Assembly (NCBI GenBank): GCA_022563395.1
Contig: JADFNM010000001.1
Span: 83,891-147,890, forward strand
DNA: 64,000 nucleotides
Source: Patescibacteria group bacterium
Lineage (GTDB): Bacteria; Patescibacteriota; Minisyncoccia; Minisyncoccales; UBA10102
Direction: 5' to 3'
Shown piece after piece: positions 8,964 to 19,121 of this stretch (positions within the stretch are counted from its first letter, which is position 1; each line of letters opens with the position of its first letter). The position numbers were made by a program, and so were the translations under genes. The notes beneath the pieces were generated by a model. The model worked only from the letters and a program-made list of their open reading frames with translations. It made no database searches and was not told where the DNA came from.

Positions 8964-9374
8964 ATGCCAACGATTCATCAACTTATAAAGAGACCAAGAA
9001 AGAAATCCAAGGGAAAGGACAAAACACCTGCTTTAAGTTTTGGTTTTAACACAAAAAAGAACCAGCCCGTGCGGTATGCAGCTCCATATAAAAGGGGAGT
9101 ATGCCTGCGTGTGTTTACCACCACTCCAAAAAAGCCAAACTCTGCATTGCGCAAGGTTGCAAGGGTCCGTCTTTCCAACGGCATGGAGGTTACGGCCTAC
9201 ATCCCAGGCATAGGCCACAACCTTCAAGAGCACTCCGTGGTGCTGCTTCGAGGTGGAAGAGTAAAGGATCTTCCTGGAGTTCGTTACCATATTGTGCGGG
9301 GAGTCTTGGATGCAGGAAGCGTGGAAGGAAGAAAACAAGAGAGATCAAAGTACGGAACCAAGAGAGCAAAGTAA
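8964..9374 (+). CDS. rpsL: 30S ribosomal protein S12
   Basis: [24 protein letters not shown]. Confidence 0.98.
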   Translation: MPTIHQLIKRPRKKSKGKDKTPALSFGFNTKKNQPVRYAAPYKRGVCLRVFTTTPKKPNSALRKVARVRLSNGMEVTAYIPGIGHNLQEHSVVLLRGGRVKDLPGVRYHIVRGVLDAGSVEGRKQERSKYGTKRAK

Positions 9375-9417
9375 GAACCTTGCCAACGCAAGAACCTTGA
9401 TTTCTAACGAAATTAGT

Positions 9418-9885
9418 ATGCCAAGAGGAAAGTTTCAAAAAAGAGTTCCCAATCCTGACCTGAAATACAGCAATGCCACAGTGGCAAAGTTTGTGAACCA
9501 CATTATGATGCGGGGCAAGAAGGCTGTTGCAAGAAAGATTGTGTACGGTGCTTTTGATATTGTAAAAGAGAAGACCAAGAAAGATCCCGTGGAGGTGTTT
9601 GAGCGTGCCCTAGAAAATGTTGCTCCCATGATTGAAGTTCGTTCAAAAAGAGTGGGGGGAGCGACCTACCAGGTTCCCGTTCAGGTAAAAGACCACCGTA
9701 AAGAATCTTTGGCCACAAGGTGGATTATTACTGCAGCCCGTTCCAAAAAAGGGAAACCCATGCAAGAGAAGTTAGCTGAAGAACTCATGGCAGCGTATAA
9801 GCGTGAAGGGGCGGCTTTCAAGAAAAAAGAAGATACGCATCGCATGGCAGAAGCAAACAGAGCATTTGCGCACTTCGCGTGGTGA
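9418..9885 (+). CDS. rpsG: 30S ribosomal protein S7
   Basis: [23 protein letters not shown]; start at MPRGK. Confidence 0.98.
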   Translation: MPRGKFQKRVPNPDLKYSNATVAKFVNHIMMRGKKAVARKIVYGAFDIVKEKTKKDPVEVFERALENVAPMIEVRSKRVGGATYQVPVQVKDHRKESLATRWIITAARSKKGKPMQEKLAEELMAAYKREGAAFKKKEDTHRMAEANRAFAHFAW

Positions 9886-9989
9886 GATATGGGCGCAAGA
9901 ATCTCGCCTCGCTCCGCAGCGCCATACCCACGGCCTGCCCGATGCTACGCTCTGGCGAGACTCTTGCGCTTTTGTAATGCAAAAGCAGT

Positions 9990-12098
9990 ATGCCGAGACA
10001 ATACCCTATTGAGAGAGTGCGCGATATTGGAATAATCGCCCACATTGACGCCGGGAAAACCACCACGACCGAGCGTATTTTGTTTTACACGGGTATTTCC
10101 CACAAGATAGGGGAGGTGCATGAAGGGGCAGCTATCATGGACTGGATGGAGCAAGAGAGGGAACGCGGCATTACCATTACCGCAGCCGCCACCACGTGCT
10201 TTTGGACTCCAACCTATGTGAAAGAGAAGAACAAAGAAAAGGAGGTTCGAATCAACATTATTGATACTCCGGGCCACATTGACTTTACCGTAGAGGTACA
10301 GCGCTCCTTGCGGGTGCTGGACGGTGCCATTGTCGTGTTTGACGGAGTGGCGGGGGTGGAACCCCAGTCAGAAACGGTGTGGCGCCAAGCCGACAAATTT
10401 GAGGTTCCCCGTATGTGTTTTATCAACAAGTTAGATCGCATGGGAGCTTCTTTTGAGAAAAGCTTTGGCTCCATTGTAGAAAAACTTACGCCAAATGCTG
10501 TAGCGGTGCAGATTCCTAATGGAGAAGAGGACCAATTCTCAAAGATAATCGACTTAATTTCAATGAAGGCATACTCGTTTACGGGGGACTTTGGGGAAAC
10601 GGTCAAAGAGGAGGAAATTCCAGCAGATTTAAAAGAGAAGGCAAAAGTGTGGCGAGAAAAACTCATGGAAAAGGTAGCAGGAGAGGACGAGTCTTTAATG
10701 AATAGGTATCTTGCGGGAGAAGAAATACCGGCTCTAGATATAAAGAGAGTATTGCGCAAAGCCGCTTTGGCAAATAAGTTGATTCCCGTGTTTGTGGGTT
10801 CTTCTTTAAAAAACAAAGGTGTGCAGTTAATGCTTGACGGAGTGGTGGACTATCTGCCTTCTCCTCAAGATGTTCCTCCCATTAAAGGGATTGACCCGCG
10901 TTCCGGCCAGGAGATTGAACGCCACGCAATAGATACGGAACCCTTCTCTGCTCTTGCCTTCAAGATTGCAACCGATCCCTTTGTAGGTACCCTAACGTAT
11001 TTTCGCGTGTACTCCGGTACTTTAAAAAAGGGCTCGTATGTGTATAACGCTACGACGGGCGTCAAAGAGAGGATTTCTCGTATCTTGAGAATGCATGCGA
11101 ATGAAAGAGAAGAGGTGGAGGAGCTCTATGCGGGGGACATTGCTGCCACTGTGGGGCTTAAAAACACTTCCACGGGGCACACCTTGTCGGACGAAGCAAA
11201 CCCCATCTTGCTTGAACAGATTACCTTTCCAGAGCCTGTTATTTCGGTTCGCATTGAACCTGCCACCAAAGCTGACCAGGAGAAAATGGGCATGGCGTTA
11301 AAACGTTTGTCGGACGAAGACCCAACCTTTAGGGTTTTAACAGACCAGGAGACCAAAGAGATCATTATCTCTGGCATGGGAGAGCTGCACTTGGAAATCA
11401 TCGTAGACCGAATGAAAAGAGAGTTTAATGTTACAGCCAATGTTGGAAGACCTCAGGTTGCCTACAAGGAAACCATTAAGCAAGAAGCAGAAGCAGAAGA
11501 GAAGTATGTCAGGCAGTCTGGCGGTCGTGGGCAGTATGGTCACGTCGTTTTGAGCGTTGAGGCCAAGGAGCGGGGAGAGGGCTTTGAGTTTGTAAATAAG
11601 ATTAAGGGCGGCGCTATTCCTCAAGAATACATTCCAGCCGTAGAAAAAGGAGTAAAAGAAGCCATGGACAAGGGAGTGATAGCTGGGTATCCTGTTATTG
11701 ACTTGAAAGCAACGCTGCTTGACGGGTCTTTTCATGAGGTGGACTCTTCTGAGTTTGCCTTTAAGATTGCCGCCTCCATTGCCTTTCAGGCTGCAGCAAA
11801 GAAAGCTCATGCAGTGTTGCTGGAACCCGTAATGTCGCTTGAGGTAATAATACCCTCTAATTTTCTTGGAGACGTAATTGGAGATTTGTCAGCAAGAAGA
11901 GGAAGGATTGAAGAGACAAAAGACCGGGGAAACCTCAAGGTGATAGATGTCAAGATTCCTTTATCTGAGATGTTTGGGTATGCCACCAACGTGAGGTCCT
12001 TGACCGAAGGAAGAGGAACCTTTACCATGGAGTTCAACACGTATGAGGAGGTGCCGGGGAATATAGCAAATGAAATTATTGAAGGCAAGCGCAGATAA
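9990..12098 (+). CDS. fusA: Elongation factor G
   Basis: [18 protein letters not shown]; full length. Confidence 0.98.
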   Translation: MPRQYPIERVRDIGIIAHIDAGKTTTTERILFYTGISHKIGEVHEGAAIMDWMEQERERGITITAAATTCFWTPTYVKEKNKEKEVRINIIDTPGHIDFTVEVQRSLRVLDGAIVVFDGVAGVEPQSETVWRQADKFEVPRMCFINKLDRMGASFEKSFGSIVEKLTPNAVAVQIPNGEEDQFSKIIDLISMKAYSFTGDFGETVKEEEIPADLKEKAKVWREKLMEKVAGEDESLMNRYLAGEEIPALDIKRVLRKAALANKLIPVFVGSSLKNKGVQLMLDGVVDYLPSPQDVPPIKGIDPRSGQEIERHAIDTEPFSALAFKIATDPFVGTLTYFRVYSGTLKKGSYVYNATTGVKERISRILRMHANEREEVEELYAGDIAATVGLKNTSTGHTLSDEANPILLEQITFPEPVISVRIEPATKADQEKMGMALKRLSDEDPTFRVLTDQETKEIIISGMGELHLEIIVDRMKREFNVTANVGRPQVAYKETIKQEAEAEEKYVRQSGGRGQYGHVVLSVEAKERGEGFEFVNKIKGGAIPQEYIPAVEKGVKEAMDKGVIAGYPVIDLKATLLDGSFHEVDSSEFAFKIAASIAFQAAAKKAHAVLLEPVMSLEVIIPSNFLGDVIGDLSARRGRIEETKDRGNLKVIDVKIPLSEMFGYATNVRSLTEGRGTFTMEFNTYEEVPGNIANEIIEGKRR

Positions 12099-12105
12099 AA
12101 GAACT

Positions 12106-12312
12106 ATGGACTTGGAAGAATTAAAACGCATACTGCAAAAAGATAAGGGAAAGATTATCATTGTTGAAAACGGAAAGCCCGTGATGATAATTCTCCCCTA
12201 CGAAAATCAGGACTTGCATCATAGCCAAGAGGAGGCAGTTGAACCTCCTTTGGAGGAAGAAGAGATGGGGCCTGTTCCTGGGGAGTTGACAATTGACGAT
12301 TTGCCGCTATAA
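12106..12312 (+). CDS. Small protein with Phd/YefM-antitoxin-like N-terminus and acidic tail
   Basis: KIIIVENGKPVMIILPYE resembles the Phd fold; fills the fusA-tuf gap. Confidence 0.55.
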   Translation: MDLEELKRILQKDKGKIIIVENGKPVMIILPYENQDLHHSQEEAVEPPLEEEEMGPVPGELTIDDLPL

Positions 12313-12313
12313 T
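12286..12313 (+). promoter_or_regulatory. Consensus sigma70 promoter for tuf
   Basis: TTGACA-16-TATAAT. Confidence 0.7.
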
Positions 12314-12429
12314 TGGAACATTGTCAATTAACGAGCAGTAGCGAGTATAATTGGAACATTGTCAATTAACGAGCAGTAGCGAGTATAATTGGAACATTGT
12401 CAATTAACGAGCAGTAGCGAGTATAATTG
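12308..12429 (+). repeat. Perfect tandem repeat, 3 x 38 bp plus 8 bp
   Basis: tataattggaacattgtcaattaacgagcagtagcgag at 12308, 12346, 12384. Confidence 0.95.
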
Positions 12430-12479
12430 ATAATTGCAATACTTAAGTAATAAATAAGAATTGATCGAAGAATACACAT

Positions 12480-13673
12480 ATGGCAGAAAAGTTTGAGCGA
12501 ACAAAGCCCCACGTCAATGTTGGTACCATTGGTCACGTTGACCACGGAAAAACCACGTTGTCAGCGGCCATCCTGCATAGTTTGAAGTTGGCAGGAAAGA
12601 ACGTGACCGAGAAATCGATTGACCAGATTGACGCTGCTCCAGAAGAAAAACAGCGGGGTATTACCATTAACATCGCGCACTTGGAGTATGAGACCGACAA
12701 GCGCCACTATGCACACATTGACGCTCCAGGCCATGCAGACTATATCAAGAACATGATTACGGGAGCAGCCCAGATGGATGGCGCCATTTTGGTGGTTTCA
12801 GCTCCAGACGGCCCCATGCCTCAGACCAGAGAGCACATTCTTTTAGCCAGGCAAGTGGGAATTCCGTCTATTATTGTTTTTTTGAACAAGATTGATATGG
12901 TGGATGACCCAGAAATTGCAGATTTGGTAGAATCTGAGGTCAGAGAGCTTTTAAAAAAGTATAACTACCCAGGAGATGATGTTCCTGTAATTCGGGGTTC
13001 TGCTCTAAAGGCATTGGAGGCAACTTCCGTGGACGACGAAGCAATAAAACCCATCTTGGAACTCATGAACAAGGTGGATGAATACATTCCAGAGCCTGTT
13101 CGAGAGATAGACAAGCCATTTTTAATGGCAGTAGAAGATGTCTTTTCGATTGAAGGGCGAGGAACCGTAGCTACGGGAAGAATTGAGCGTGGCATTGTGA
13201 AGTCCAACGAAGAAGTTGAGCTGGTTGGCATTAAGCCCACCTCAAAAACCGTTGTTGTGTCTGTAGAAATGTTTAACAAGTCTTTAGATGAAGGACGAGC
13301 CGGTGATAACGTTGGTATTCTTTTGCGAGGAACCAAGAAAGAAGAGATTGAACGAGGTCAGGTGTTAGCAAAGCCAGGATCCGTAACACCCCACACCGAG
13401 TTTGAGGCCGAGGTGTATGTTTTGGCCAAAGAGGAAGGTGGAAGACACACCCCATTCTTTAAGGGGTACAAACCGCAGTTCTACTTTAGAACTACAGATG
13501 TAACCGGCGACGTTGAACTTCCAGAGGGGACCGAAATGGTAATGCCTGGAGATACCGTGAACTTTAAGGTAAAACTCTTGGTGCCAATTGCCATGGAAGA
13601 AAAGCAGAGATTTGCCATCAGGGAGGGTGGAAAGACCGTGGGAGCAGGAGTTGTGATCAAGATTCTCAACTAA
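12480..13673 (+). CDS. tuf: Elongation factor Tu
   Basis: [30 protein letters not shown]. Confidence 0.99.
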   Translation: MAEKFERTKPHVNVGTIGHVDHGKTTLSAAILHSLKLAGKNVTEKSIDQIDAAPEEKQRGITINIAHLEYETDKRHYAHIDAPGHADYIKNMITGAAQMDGAILVVSAPDGPMPQTREHILLARQVGIPSIIVFLNKIDMVDDPEIADLVESEVRELLKKYNYPGDDVPVIRGSALKALEATSVDDEAIKPILELMNKVDEYIPEPVREIDKPFLMAVEDVFSIEGRGTVATGRIERGIVKSNEEVELVGIKPTSKTVVVSVEMFNKSLDEGRAGDNVGILLRGTKKEEIERGQVLAKPGSVTPHTEFEAEVYVLAKEEGGRHTPFFKGYKPQFYFRTTDVTGDVELPEGTEMVMPGDTVNFKVKLLVPIAMEEKQRFAIREGGKTVGAGVVIKILN

Positions 13674-13705
13674 CCATCCCTCGTTCCTCACGCCCCGTAC
13701 CTTTT

Positions 13706-14050
13706 ATGCCTCCGACAAAGCAAAAAGCAGAAAAACTCTTGCCATTGCAGCAAAAGCTGAGAATAAAGATCTCAGCCTACGACCATAAGGTCATTGACGC
13801 TTCCTCAAAGCAGATCATTGATACTGTTCTCAGATATGGATGCGAGGCAGTAGGTCCTGTTCCCTTGCCAACGGAAATTAAGAAGTATACGGTGAATCGC
13901 TCTTCTTTTGTGCATAAGGACTCAAGGGAACAGTTTGAGATGAGGGTGCACAAGAGAATCATAGACATTCTCAACCCCAGCCAGAAGGTGATTGAGGCCT
14001 TAACCAGTCTCAACCTTCCTGCCGGCGTTGACATCGAAATCAAAATGTAG
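13706..14050 (+). CDS. rpsJ: 30S ribosomal protein S10
   Basis: [29 protein letters not shown]. Confidence 0.97.
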   Translation: MPPTKQKAEKLLPLQQKLRIKISAYDHKVIDASSKQIIDTVLRYGCEAVGPVPLPTEIKKYTVNRSSFVHKDSREQFEMRVHKRIIDILNPSQKVIEALTSLNLPAGVDIEIKM

Positions 14051-14068
14051 CTAGAGAATTGCACTCAT

Positions 14069-14187
14069 CCTAAATGTAATTAAGGAATCCTTAGTTTCAT
14101 TTAGGAGATATGTGCAAGAATCAGTACTGCTTAAACGAGATTTAAGCAAACCAAAGAATCGCCAAACAGGCGGTTTTTTGGTAGAAT
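14069..14187 (+). repeat. Composite element: box pair, agatatg, third box, hairpin tail, extended -10
   Basis: Boxes at 14069, 14089, 14130; tail caaagaatcgccaaacaggcggttttttggtagaat. Confidence 0.92.
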
Positions 14188-14193
14188 AAAAAT

Positions 14194-14907
14194 ATGAAGC
14201 TAGAGAACAAAACCGCATTAATAACTGGGGGTTCGCAAGGAATTGGTAAGGCTATTGCTGGGAGGTTTATTAGGGAAGGTGCAAAGGCCATAGTTTTTGA
14301 TGTTAAAAAGCCAGACTACGAGGCAGAATTTTATCAAGTCGATATACGAGAAGAAGAACAAATCAAAGCAGCTTTTGAACAAATCAAAAGTCTAGATATT
14401 CTCGTCAATAATGCTGGCGTTTACTTTGAGGAGGCGGTAGAGAGCACAACAAAGAAGCAGTTGGATGACATTGTTGATACCAACATTAAGGGGACGTATT
14501 TGATGTGCACGTATGGGATTCCGCTGATTAAGAATAGTAAGGGTACTATCATTAACATCTCTTCTGGGCTTGGGTTAGTCCCCGACCCAGCTGCTCCTGC
14601 ATATTGTGCAACGAAAGCCGCTATAACCATGCTCACAAAATGCATGGCACAGGAGTATGCTGCAGAAGGAGTAAGGATAAATGCAATTCTGCCTGGTCCA
14701 ATTGATACACCGATGTTGAGGAGTGTCTTTGCTTCTGAGAAAGAATTTGATGACTATGCGAAATCGAATCCACTAGGGAAAATTGGGAAAGTAGAGGATG
14801 TTGCAAATGTTGCAGCTTTTTTGGCATCAGACGAAGCAAGCTACGTAACTGGAAGTTTGTATACGGTTGATGGAGGAGAGTCTTCATCAAGCCTGCACTC
14901 TAAATAA
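14194..14907 (+). CDS. SDR-family NAD(P)-dependent oxidoreductase
   Basis: TGGSQGIG, NNAG, YCATK, VDGG. Confidence 0.92.
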   Translation: MKLENKTALITGGSQGIGKAIAGRFIREGAKAIVFDVKKPDYEAEFYQVDIREEEQIKAAFEQIKSLDILVNNAGVYFEEAVESTTKKQLDDIVDTNIKGTYLMCTYGIPLIKNSKGTIINISSGLGLVPDPAAPAYCATKAAITMLTKCMAQEYAAEGVRINAILPGPIDTPMLRSVFASEKEFDDYAKSNPLGKIGKVEDVANVAAFLASDEASYVTGSLYTVDGGESSSSLHSK

Positions 14908-14910
14908 AAC

Positions 14911-15085
14911 AGGTTCTAACGTCGTCCAGTAGGGGGGGGAGCCATTATTGCTTAAACGAGATTTAGGCAATATTCATTTAAATGAATGGTTCCTTAATGA
15001 AATTAAGGAGATATGCGGGAAGTCATTAGTTCTTAAACGAGATTTAAGCAAACCAGGAACCGCCCACTAAGAGCGGTTTTTGGTT
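14911..15085 (+). repeat. Composite element downstream of the SDR gene
   Basis: Boxes at 14951, 14992, 15032; tail aaccaggaaccgc...gcggtttttggtt. Confidence 0.9.
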
Positions 15086-15091
15086 GATGTG

Positions 15092-15120
15092 TTGACAGTC
15101 TTTGAGTATTGTCATATACT
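15092..15120 (+). promoter_or_regulatory. sigma70 promoter of rplC
   Basis: TTGACA-17-TATACT. Confidence 0.75.
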
Positions 15121-15226
15121 CTATTCTATGAACGCTAAGCCAGCCTTGTGAGCGGCGGAGAGGTTGTAGCCACACTACGTCTATGTTAGATGTGCCAGGG
15201 TTACACCCTGGCGTTTTGTTGTAAAT

Positions 15227-15778
15227 ATGAAGGCAATAGTAGGAAGAAAACTGGGTATGACCCAGATATTTAAAGAGGACAAAGTCATTCCGGTGACCGT
15301 TATTGAAGCTGGCCCTGTTTCTGTTTTGCGAAAACTGACCAAAGAAAAGGATGGGTATGACGCAGTGCAGGTTGGGTTTCAGCCAAAAAAGAAGGGATAC
15401 AAGGCAGTGAAAGAGATTAAAGGAAGCCAACTTGAAGTTGGGGACCAAATGACCGTTTCTGTGTTTGAGGAAGGAGATAAGGTGAAAATCTCTGGTATTT
15501 CTAAGGGAAAGGGATTTCAAGGAGGTGTGAAGCGCCACGGATTTCACGGAAGAAAGGCCACCCACGGAGTAAAGCATGAGGAACGAACCATTGGGTCTGT
15601 TGGAAGCATGTTTCCCCAGAGAGTTATTAAAGGAAGACGCATGCCAGGGCGGATGGGAGCGGAAAAGATAACAACCAAAAACCTTCAGGTGGTGCAGGTT
15701 GATGCAGAAAAGAATCTGCTTTCTGTGAAAGGAGCTGTTCCCGGAAGACCGGGTACACTCCTTTTTATTCAAGGATAA
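15227..15778 (+). CDS. rplC: 50S ribosomal protein L3
   Basis: KLGMTQIF, SKGKGFQG, MPGRMG. Confidence 0.97.
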   Translation: MKAIVGRKLGMTQIFKEDKVIPVTVIEAGPVSVLRKLTKEKDGYDAVQVGFQPKKKGYKAVKEIKGSQLEVGDQMTVSVFEEGDKVKISGISKGKGFQGGVKRHGFHGRKATHGVKHEERTIGSVGSMFPQRVIKGRRMPGRMGAEKITTKNLQVVQVDAEKNLLSVKGAVPGRPGTLLFIQG

Positions 15779-15779
15779 T

Positions 15780-16409
15780 ATGAAACAGGCATTGCTAAAC
15801 ACAAAAGGAGAAAAAGCAGGTGAGCTGGAATTGTCAGACAAGATTTTTGGGGTTGCCTGGAATCCTGACTTGGTGCACCAGGTAGTCATCATTCAGCAGG
15901 GGAACAAAAGACAAGCTTCAGCTAAGGTAAAAGACCGGGGTGAAGTGCGAGGAGGCGGAAAGAAGCCTTGGCGACAAAAAGGTACAGGAAGAGCAAGACA
16001 CGGGTCCACTCGTTCTCCCCTCTGGAGGGGGGGGGGAGTTACCCATGGCCCCACCAGCGAGCGCAACTACAAAAGAAAACTCAACACCAAGATGCGAAAG
16101 AAGGCCTTGTTTTCGGCCCTGTCAGAAAAGCTCCGAGAGAGCAAGGTTTTCTTACTCGATTCTTTCGGTATTGAGAACGCCAAGACCAAGGAGCTGATAG
16201 CGGCACTGCATAACCTTCCCCTAAACGAAAAAAGCACCTTGTTGGTGTTACCAGCAATGGAGCAAAAGGTGATTCTTGCTTCACGCAACATTCCGTACTT
16301 GAGTACGGTGCAGGCGCGAGAGTTAAACGTTTTGGACGTCATGAATGCAACGAATGTCATCTTGCCCAAGGAATCATTGAAAATACTAGAGGAAACGTTT
16401 GGGAATTAA
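15780..16409 (+). CDS. rplD: 50S ribosomal protein L4
   Basis: KPWRQKGTGRARHGS. Confidence 0.97.
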   Translation: MKQALLNTKGEKAGELELSDKIFGVAWNPDLVHQVVIIQQGNKRQASAKVKDRGEVRGGGKKPWRQKGTGRARHGSTRSPLWRGGGVTHGPTSERNYKRKLNTKMRKKALFSALSEKLRESKVFLLDSFGIENAKTKELIAALHNLPLNEKSTLLVLPAMEQKVILASRNIPYLSTVQARELNVLDVMNATNVILPKESLKILEETFGN

Positions 16410-16411
16410 TT

Positions 16412-16882
16412 ATGCCATTCAGCTTTTTAAAAAAGTTAAAAGAAATAAGGAAAGAATTAGACCCCAGGCGTTCTTCGACCTCTCAAAAAGGACTCCACGA
16501 GACACGTGCCCGCGCGAAACAAGCAGTTGACTCTCACCCAAAAGAACATGAAGCCGCTCCACAGTCAGCTCCTGTTATAAAAAAGAAGGTAAAGAGGGCA
16601 CCTTCTTTCCCAAGTGTTTTGTTGAATCCACACATCACAGAAAAGGCAACCTTGCTGGGGGAGAAGGGGCAGTATGTGTTTCGGGTTCAACCACAGGCAA
16701 CAAAAGACGCAGTGAAACAGTCGGTGGAAGCGCTGTATGGAGTTGCGGTTCGAAACGTTCGCTTGATAAAGAAGCCAGCAAAGAAGATTCGTATTGGCCG
16801 AAGAGAAGGCGTAAAACAAGGATTGAAAAAGGCAGTGGTTCAACTAAAAGCAGGAGAAAGCATTGAAGTTATTTCAAGATAG
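16412..16882 (+). CDS. rplW: 50S ribosomal protein L23 with basic N-terminal extension
   Basis: PHITEKA, YVFRV, KKAVVQL; position between rplD and rplB. Confidence 0.93.
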   Translation: MPFSFLKKLKEIRKELDPRRSSTSQKGLHETRARAKQAVDSHPKEHEAAPQSAPVIKKKVKRAPSFPSVLLNPHITEKATLLGEKGQYVFRVQPQATKDAVKQSVEALYGVAVRNVRLIKKPAKKIRIGRREGVKQGLKKAVVQLKAGESIEVISR

Positions 16883-16883
16883 T

Positions 16884-17666
16884 ATGCCAAAGGTTTCAAA
16901 GAAACGACCAGAAAAAGCATTGCTGAGGTATCTTAGTAAAAGTGGAGGGAGGAACAACAGGGGCAGGATCACCGTGTGGCACAGAGGAGGAGGGGTAAAA
17001 CGTCTCTATCGTGTAGTTGACTTTGCACAGGGGCATCTTAACATGCCCGGCAAAGTTGTTGCCATTGAATACGATCCCAACCGCAATGCGCGACTTGCCT
17101 TGCTGGAGTATGAAAATGGGGAGCGCTCTTACGTCTTGGCTCCGCATGAGCTCAAAGAGGGTGACGAGATTGTGACAAAAGACAAGACTGAGATACGAAC
17201 CGGAAATAGAATGCGCATTGGCAATATTCCCGTTGGAACCATGGTGTACAATGTGGAGTTAAGCCCTGACCGAGGCGGAAAGCTTGTGCGTGGAGCGGGG
17301 GCCGCAGCTCAGGTACTTTCGCATGATGCAGGGTATACCCACTTGGCACTGCCATCCACGGAAGTAAGGAGGATTCCTTCAAAAAGTTTTGCTTCAGTGG
17401 GTATGGTTTCCAATCCAGAATACCGATACCAAAAGGTAAAAAATGCAGGCTCAAACCGCCTGAAAGGAAAACGCCCCAAGGTTAGAGGAACCGCGATGAA
17501 CCCTGTGGATCATCCCCACGGGGGAGGTGAGGGAAGGACCGGAAGGGGAATGAAGCATCCCAAAACCCCCTGGGGAAAGCCTGCCTTGGGAGTGAAAACC
17601 AGAAAGAAGAAATGGTCAGACAAGCTTATTGTACAGCGGAGGAAAAAGAAAAAGCGAAAGAAATAA
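16884..17666 (+). CDS. rplB: 50S ribosomal protein L2
   Basis: [23 protein letters not shown]. Confidence 0.97.
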   Translation: MPKVSKKRPEKALLRYLSKSGGRNNRGRITVWHRGGGVKRLYRVVDFAQGHLNMPGKVVAIEYDPNRNARLALLEYENGERSYVLAPHELKEGDEIVTKDKTEIRTGNRMRIGNIPVGTMVYNVELSPDRGGKLVRGAGAAAQVLSHDAGYTHLALPSTEVRRIPSKSFASVGMVSNPEYRYQKVKNAGSNRLKGKRPKVRGTAMNPVDHPHGGGEGRTGRGMKHPKTPWGKPALGVKTRKKKWSDKLIVQRRKKKKRKK

Positions 17667-17671
17667 AAACC

Positions 17672-17992
17672 ATGGCACGATCACTCAAGAAGGGCCCATA
17701 CATTGACGAAAATCTTCAAAATCGGTTAAAAAACCGAAAACTGGGAGACAAGACCGTTTTAAAAACCTGGTCTAGGAGAGCCACCATTACTCCAGAAATG
17801 GTTGGGTTCATCTTTGGCGTGCATACGGGAAAAGACTTTGTGCAAGTTGTGGTACATGAAGAGATGGTGGGCCATAAACTGGGTGAGTTTGCAGCAACCA
17901 CGAAATTTTCCCGTCATGGTGGAAGGATGCAAAAAGAAATAGAGCAAAAGGCGGCAACGGGCGCTGCTCCGGCCGCAGCAGAGAAGAAGTAA
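17672..17992 (+). CDS. rpsS: 30S ribosomal protein S19
   Basis: [18 protein letters not shown]. Confidence 0.97.
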   Translation: MARSLKKGPYIDENLQNRLKNRKLGDKTVLKTWSRRATITPEMVGFIFGVHTGKDFVQVVVHEEMVGHKLGEFAATTKFSRHGGRMQKEIEQKAATGAAPAAAEKK

Positions 17993-17993
17993 C

Positions 17994-18485
17994 ATGAAAG
18001 CAACGGCAAAACTGAGGTATTTAAGAATGGCACCTCGCAAGGTTCGCATGGCGGTTGACCTCATTCGGGGAAAGAAGGTTGTGGAAGCGCAACGCCTGCT
18101 TCAATTTGCCGCAAAACATTCTGCATTGCCGGTGTTAAAAACGCTAAACTCAGCTATTGCTTCCGCAAAGAACAATTTTGAGGCGGACGTGGCCAATTTA
18201 TATATCTCCCATATTGCGGTAAACGAGGGACCAAAGTTAAAGCGATACCGCCCAAGGGCGCGGGGACAGGCCTACGAGATCCAGAAGAAGACTTCCCATC
18301 TTACCATTGTGGTAGATGAGATTGAGCAGGGTAAGACAAAGAAAGCCCTGCCTAAATCTCGTTTAGGAACTCCTAACCGAGATTTAGGCAAAACTGCAAA
18401 GCCAAGTTTTCGGCCAGTGCAGGAAACCGCAAAGCAAAAGGAACCGAGAGGAATGCAGAGAATGTTTAGAAGAAAAAGTATCTAA
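17994..18485 (+). CDS. rplV: 50S ribosomal protein L22 with C-terminal extension containing an in-frame repeat
   Basis: APRKVR, PRARGQA, KKTSHLTIVV. Confidence 0.96.
   Translation: MKATAKLRYLRMAPRKVRMAVDLIRGKKVVEAQRLLQFAAKHSALPVLKTLNSAIASAKNNFEADVANLYISHIAVNEGPKLKRYRPRARGQAYEIQKKTSHLTIVVDEIEQGKTKKALPKSRLGTPNRDLGKTAKPSFRPVQETAKQKEPRGMQRMFRRKSI
18349..18390. repeat. 42-bp box-pair palindrome inside rplV
   Basis: tgcctaaatctcgtttagga-ac-tcctaaccgagatttaggca, one mismatch. Confidence 0.92.
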
Positions 18486-18487
18486 CC

Positions 18488-19120
18488 ATGACACATAAAG
18501 TACATCCCAAAATCTTTCGCATCAGGGAAACCAAGGACTGGCTTTCTCGTTGGGTTGACAAGAGATTGTATGCTAAAACCCTAGAGGAGGATTTTCGCAT
18601 TCGAGAGTTCTTGCAAAAGAAACTGAAAGATGCTTCTTTGGAATCCATTGAGATTGAGCGGGCGGCTTCGCGCATCACGGTCATTATCAATTCAGGGAGA
18701 CCAGGATTGATCATTGGAAGGGGAGGGTCTGGTATTGAGATTGTGAAAAAGGCGCTGCAAAAGCTTGTTGGAGTAAAAGACATTCGCTTGGAGATTCGAG
18801 AAATCAAGAACCCCTTAGAGTCAGCTACTCTGATAGCCCAGAACATTGCCCAGCAGTTAGAAAAGAGAATGCCGCACCGCAGGGTCTTAAAGCAGATCAT
18901 GCAAAAGATTATGGCAAACAAAGAAATTCAGGGAGCTAAATTGGAGGTGGCGGGACGTTTGGGTGGAGCGGATATTGCCAGGCGAGAAGGATTAAAAGAG
19001 GGTCGCTTGCCTTTGCAGACCATGCGTTCTGTAGTAGATTATGCCTTAGTGGAGGCTAGAACCACGTATGGCACTATTGGGGTGAAGGTATGGCTGTACA
19101 AAGGAGAAAAATTTGACTAA
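18488..19120 (+). CDS. rpsC: 30S ribosomal protein S3
   Basis: [29 protein letters not shown]. Confidence 0.97.
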   Translation: MTHKVHPKIFRIRETKDWLSRWVDKRLYAKTLEEDFRIREFLQKKLKDASLESIEIERAASRITVIINSGRPGLIIGRGGSGIEIVKKALQKLVGVKDIRLEIREIKNPLESATLIAQNIAQQLEKRMPHRRVLKQIMQKIMANKEIQGAKLEVAGRLGGADIARREGLKEGRLPLQTMRSVVDYALVEARTTYGTIGVKVWLYKGEKFD

Positions 19121-19121
19121 T

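Noticed and set aside
12308..12429. CRISPR array
   Set aside because: Units are contiguous and identical with no spacers, and no cas genes are present.
14101..14112. aggagatATG in the element as RBS plus start codon
   Set aside because: SD-to-ATG spacing is only about 2 nt, the ATG is lost in some copies (28401, 47757), and no conserved downstream ORF is evident.
15044..15892. Long antisense ORFs (282 aa here, 276 aa at 45714-46544, 200 aa at 10214-10816 and others)
   Set aside because: Shadows of well-identified genes on the opposite strand with no recognisable motifs.
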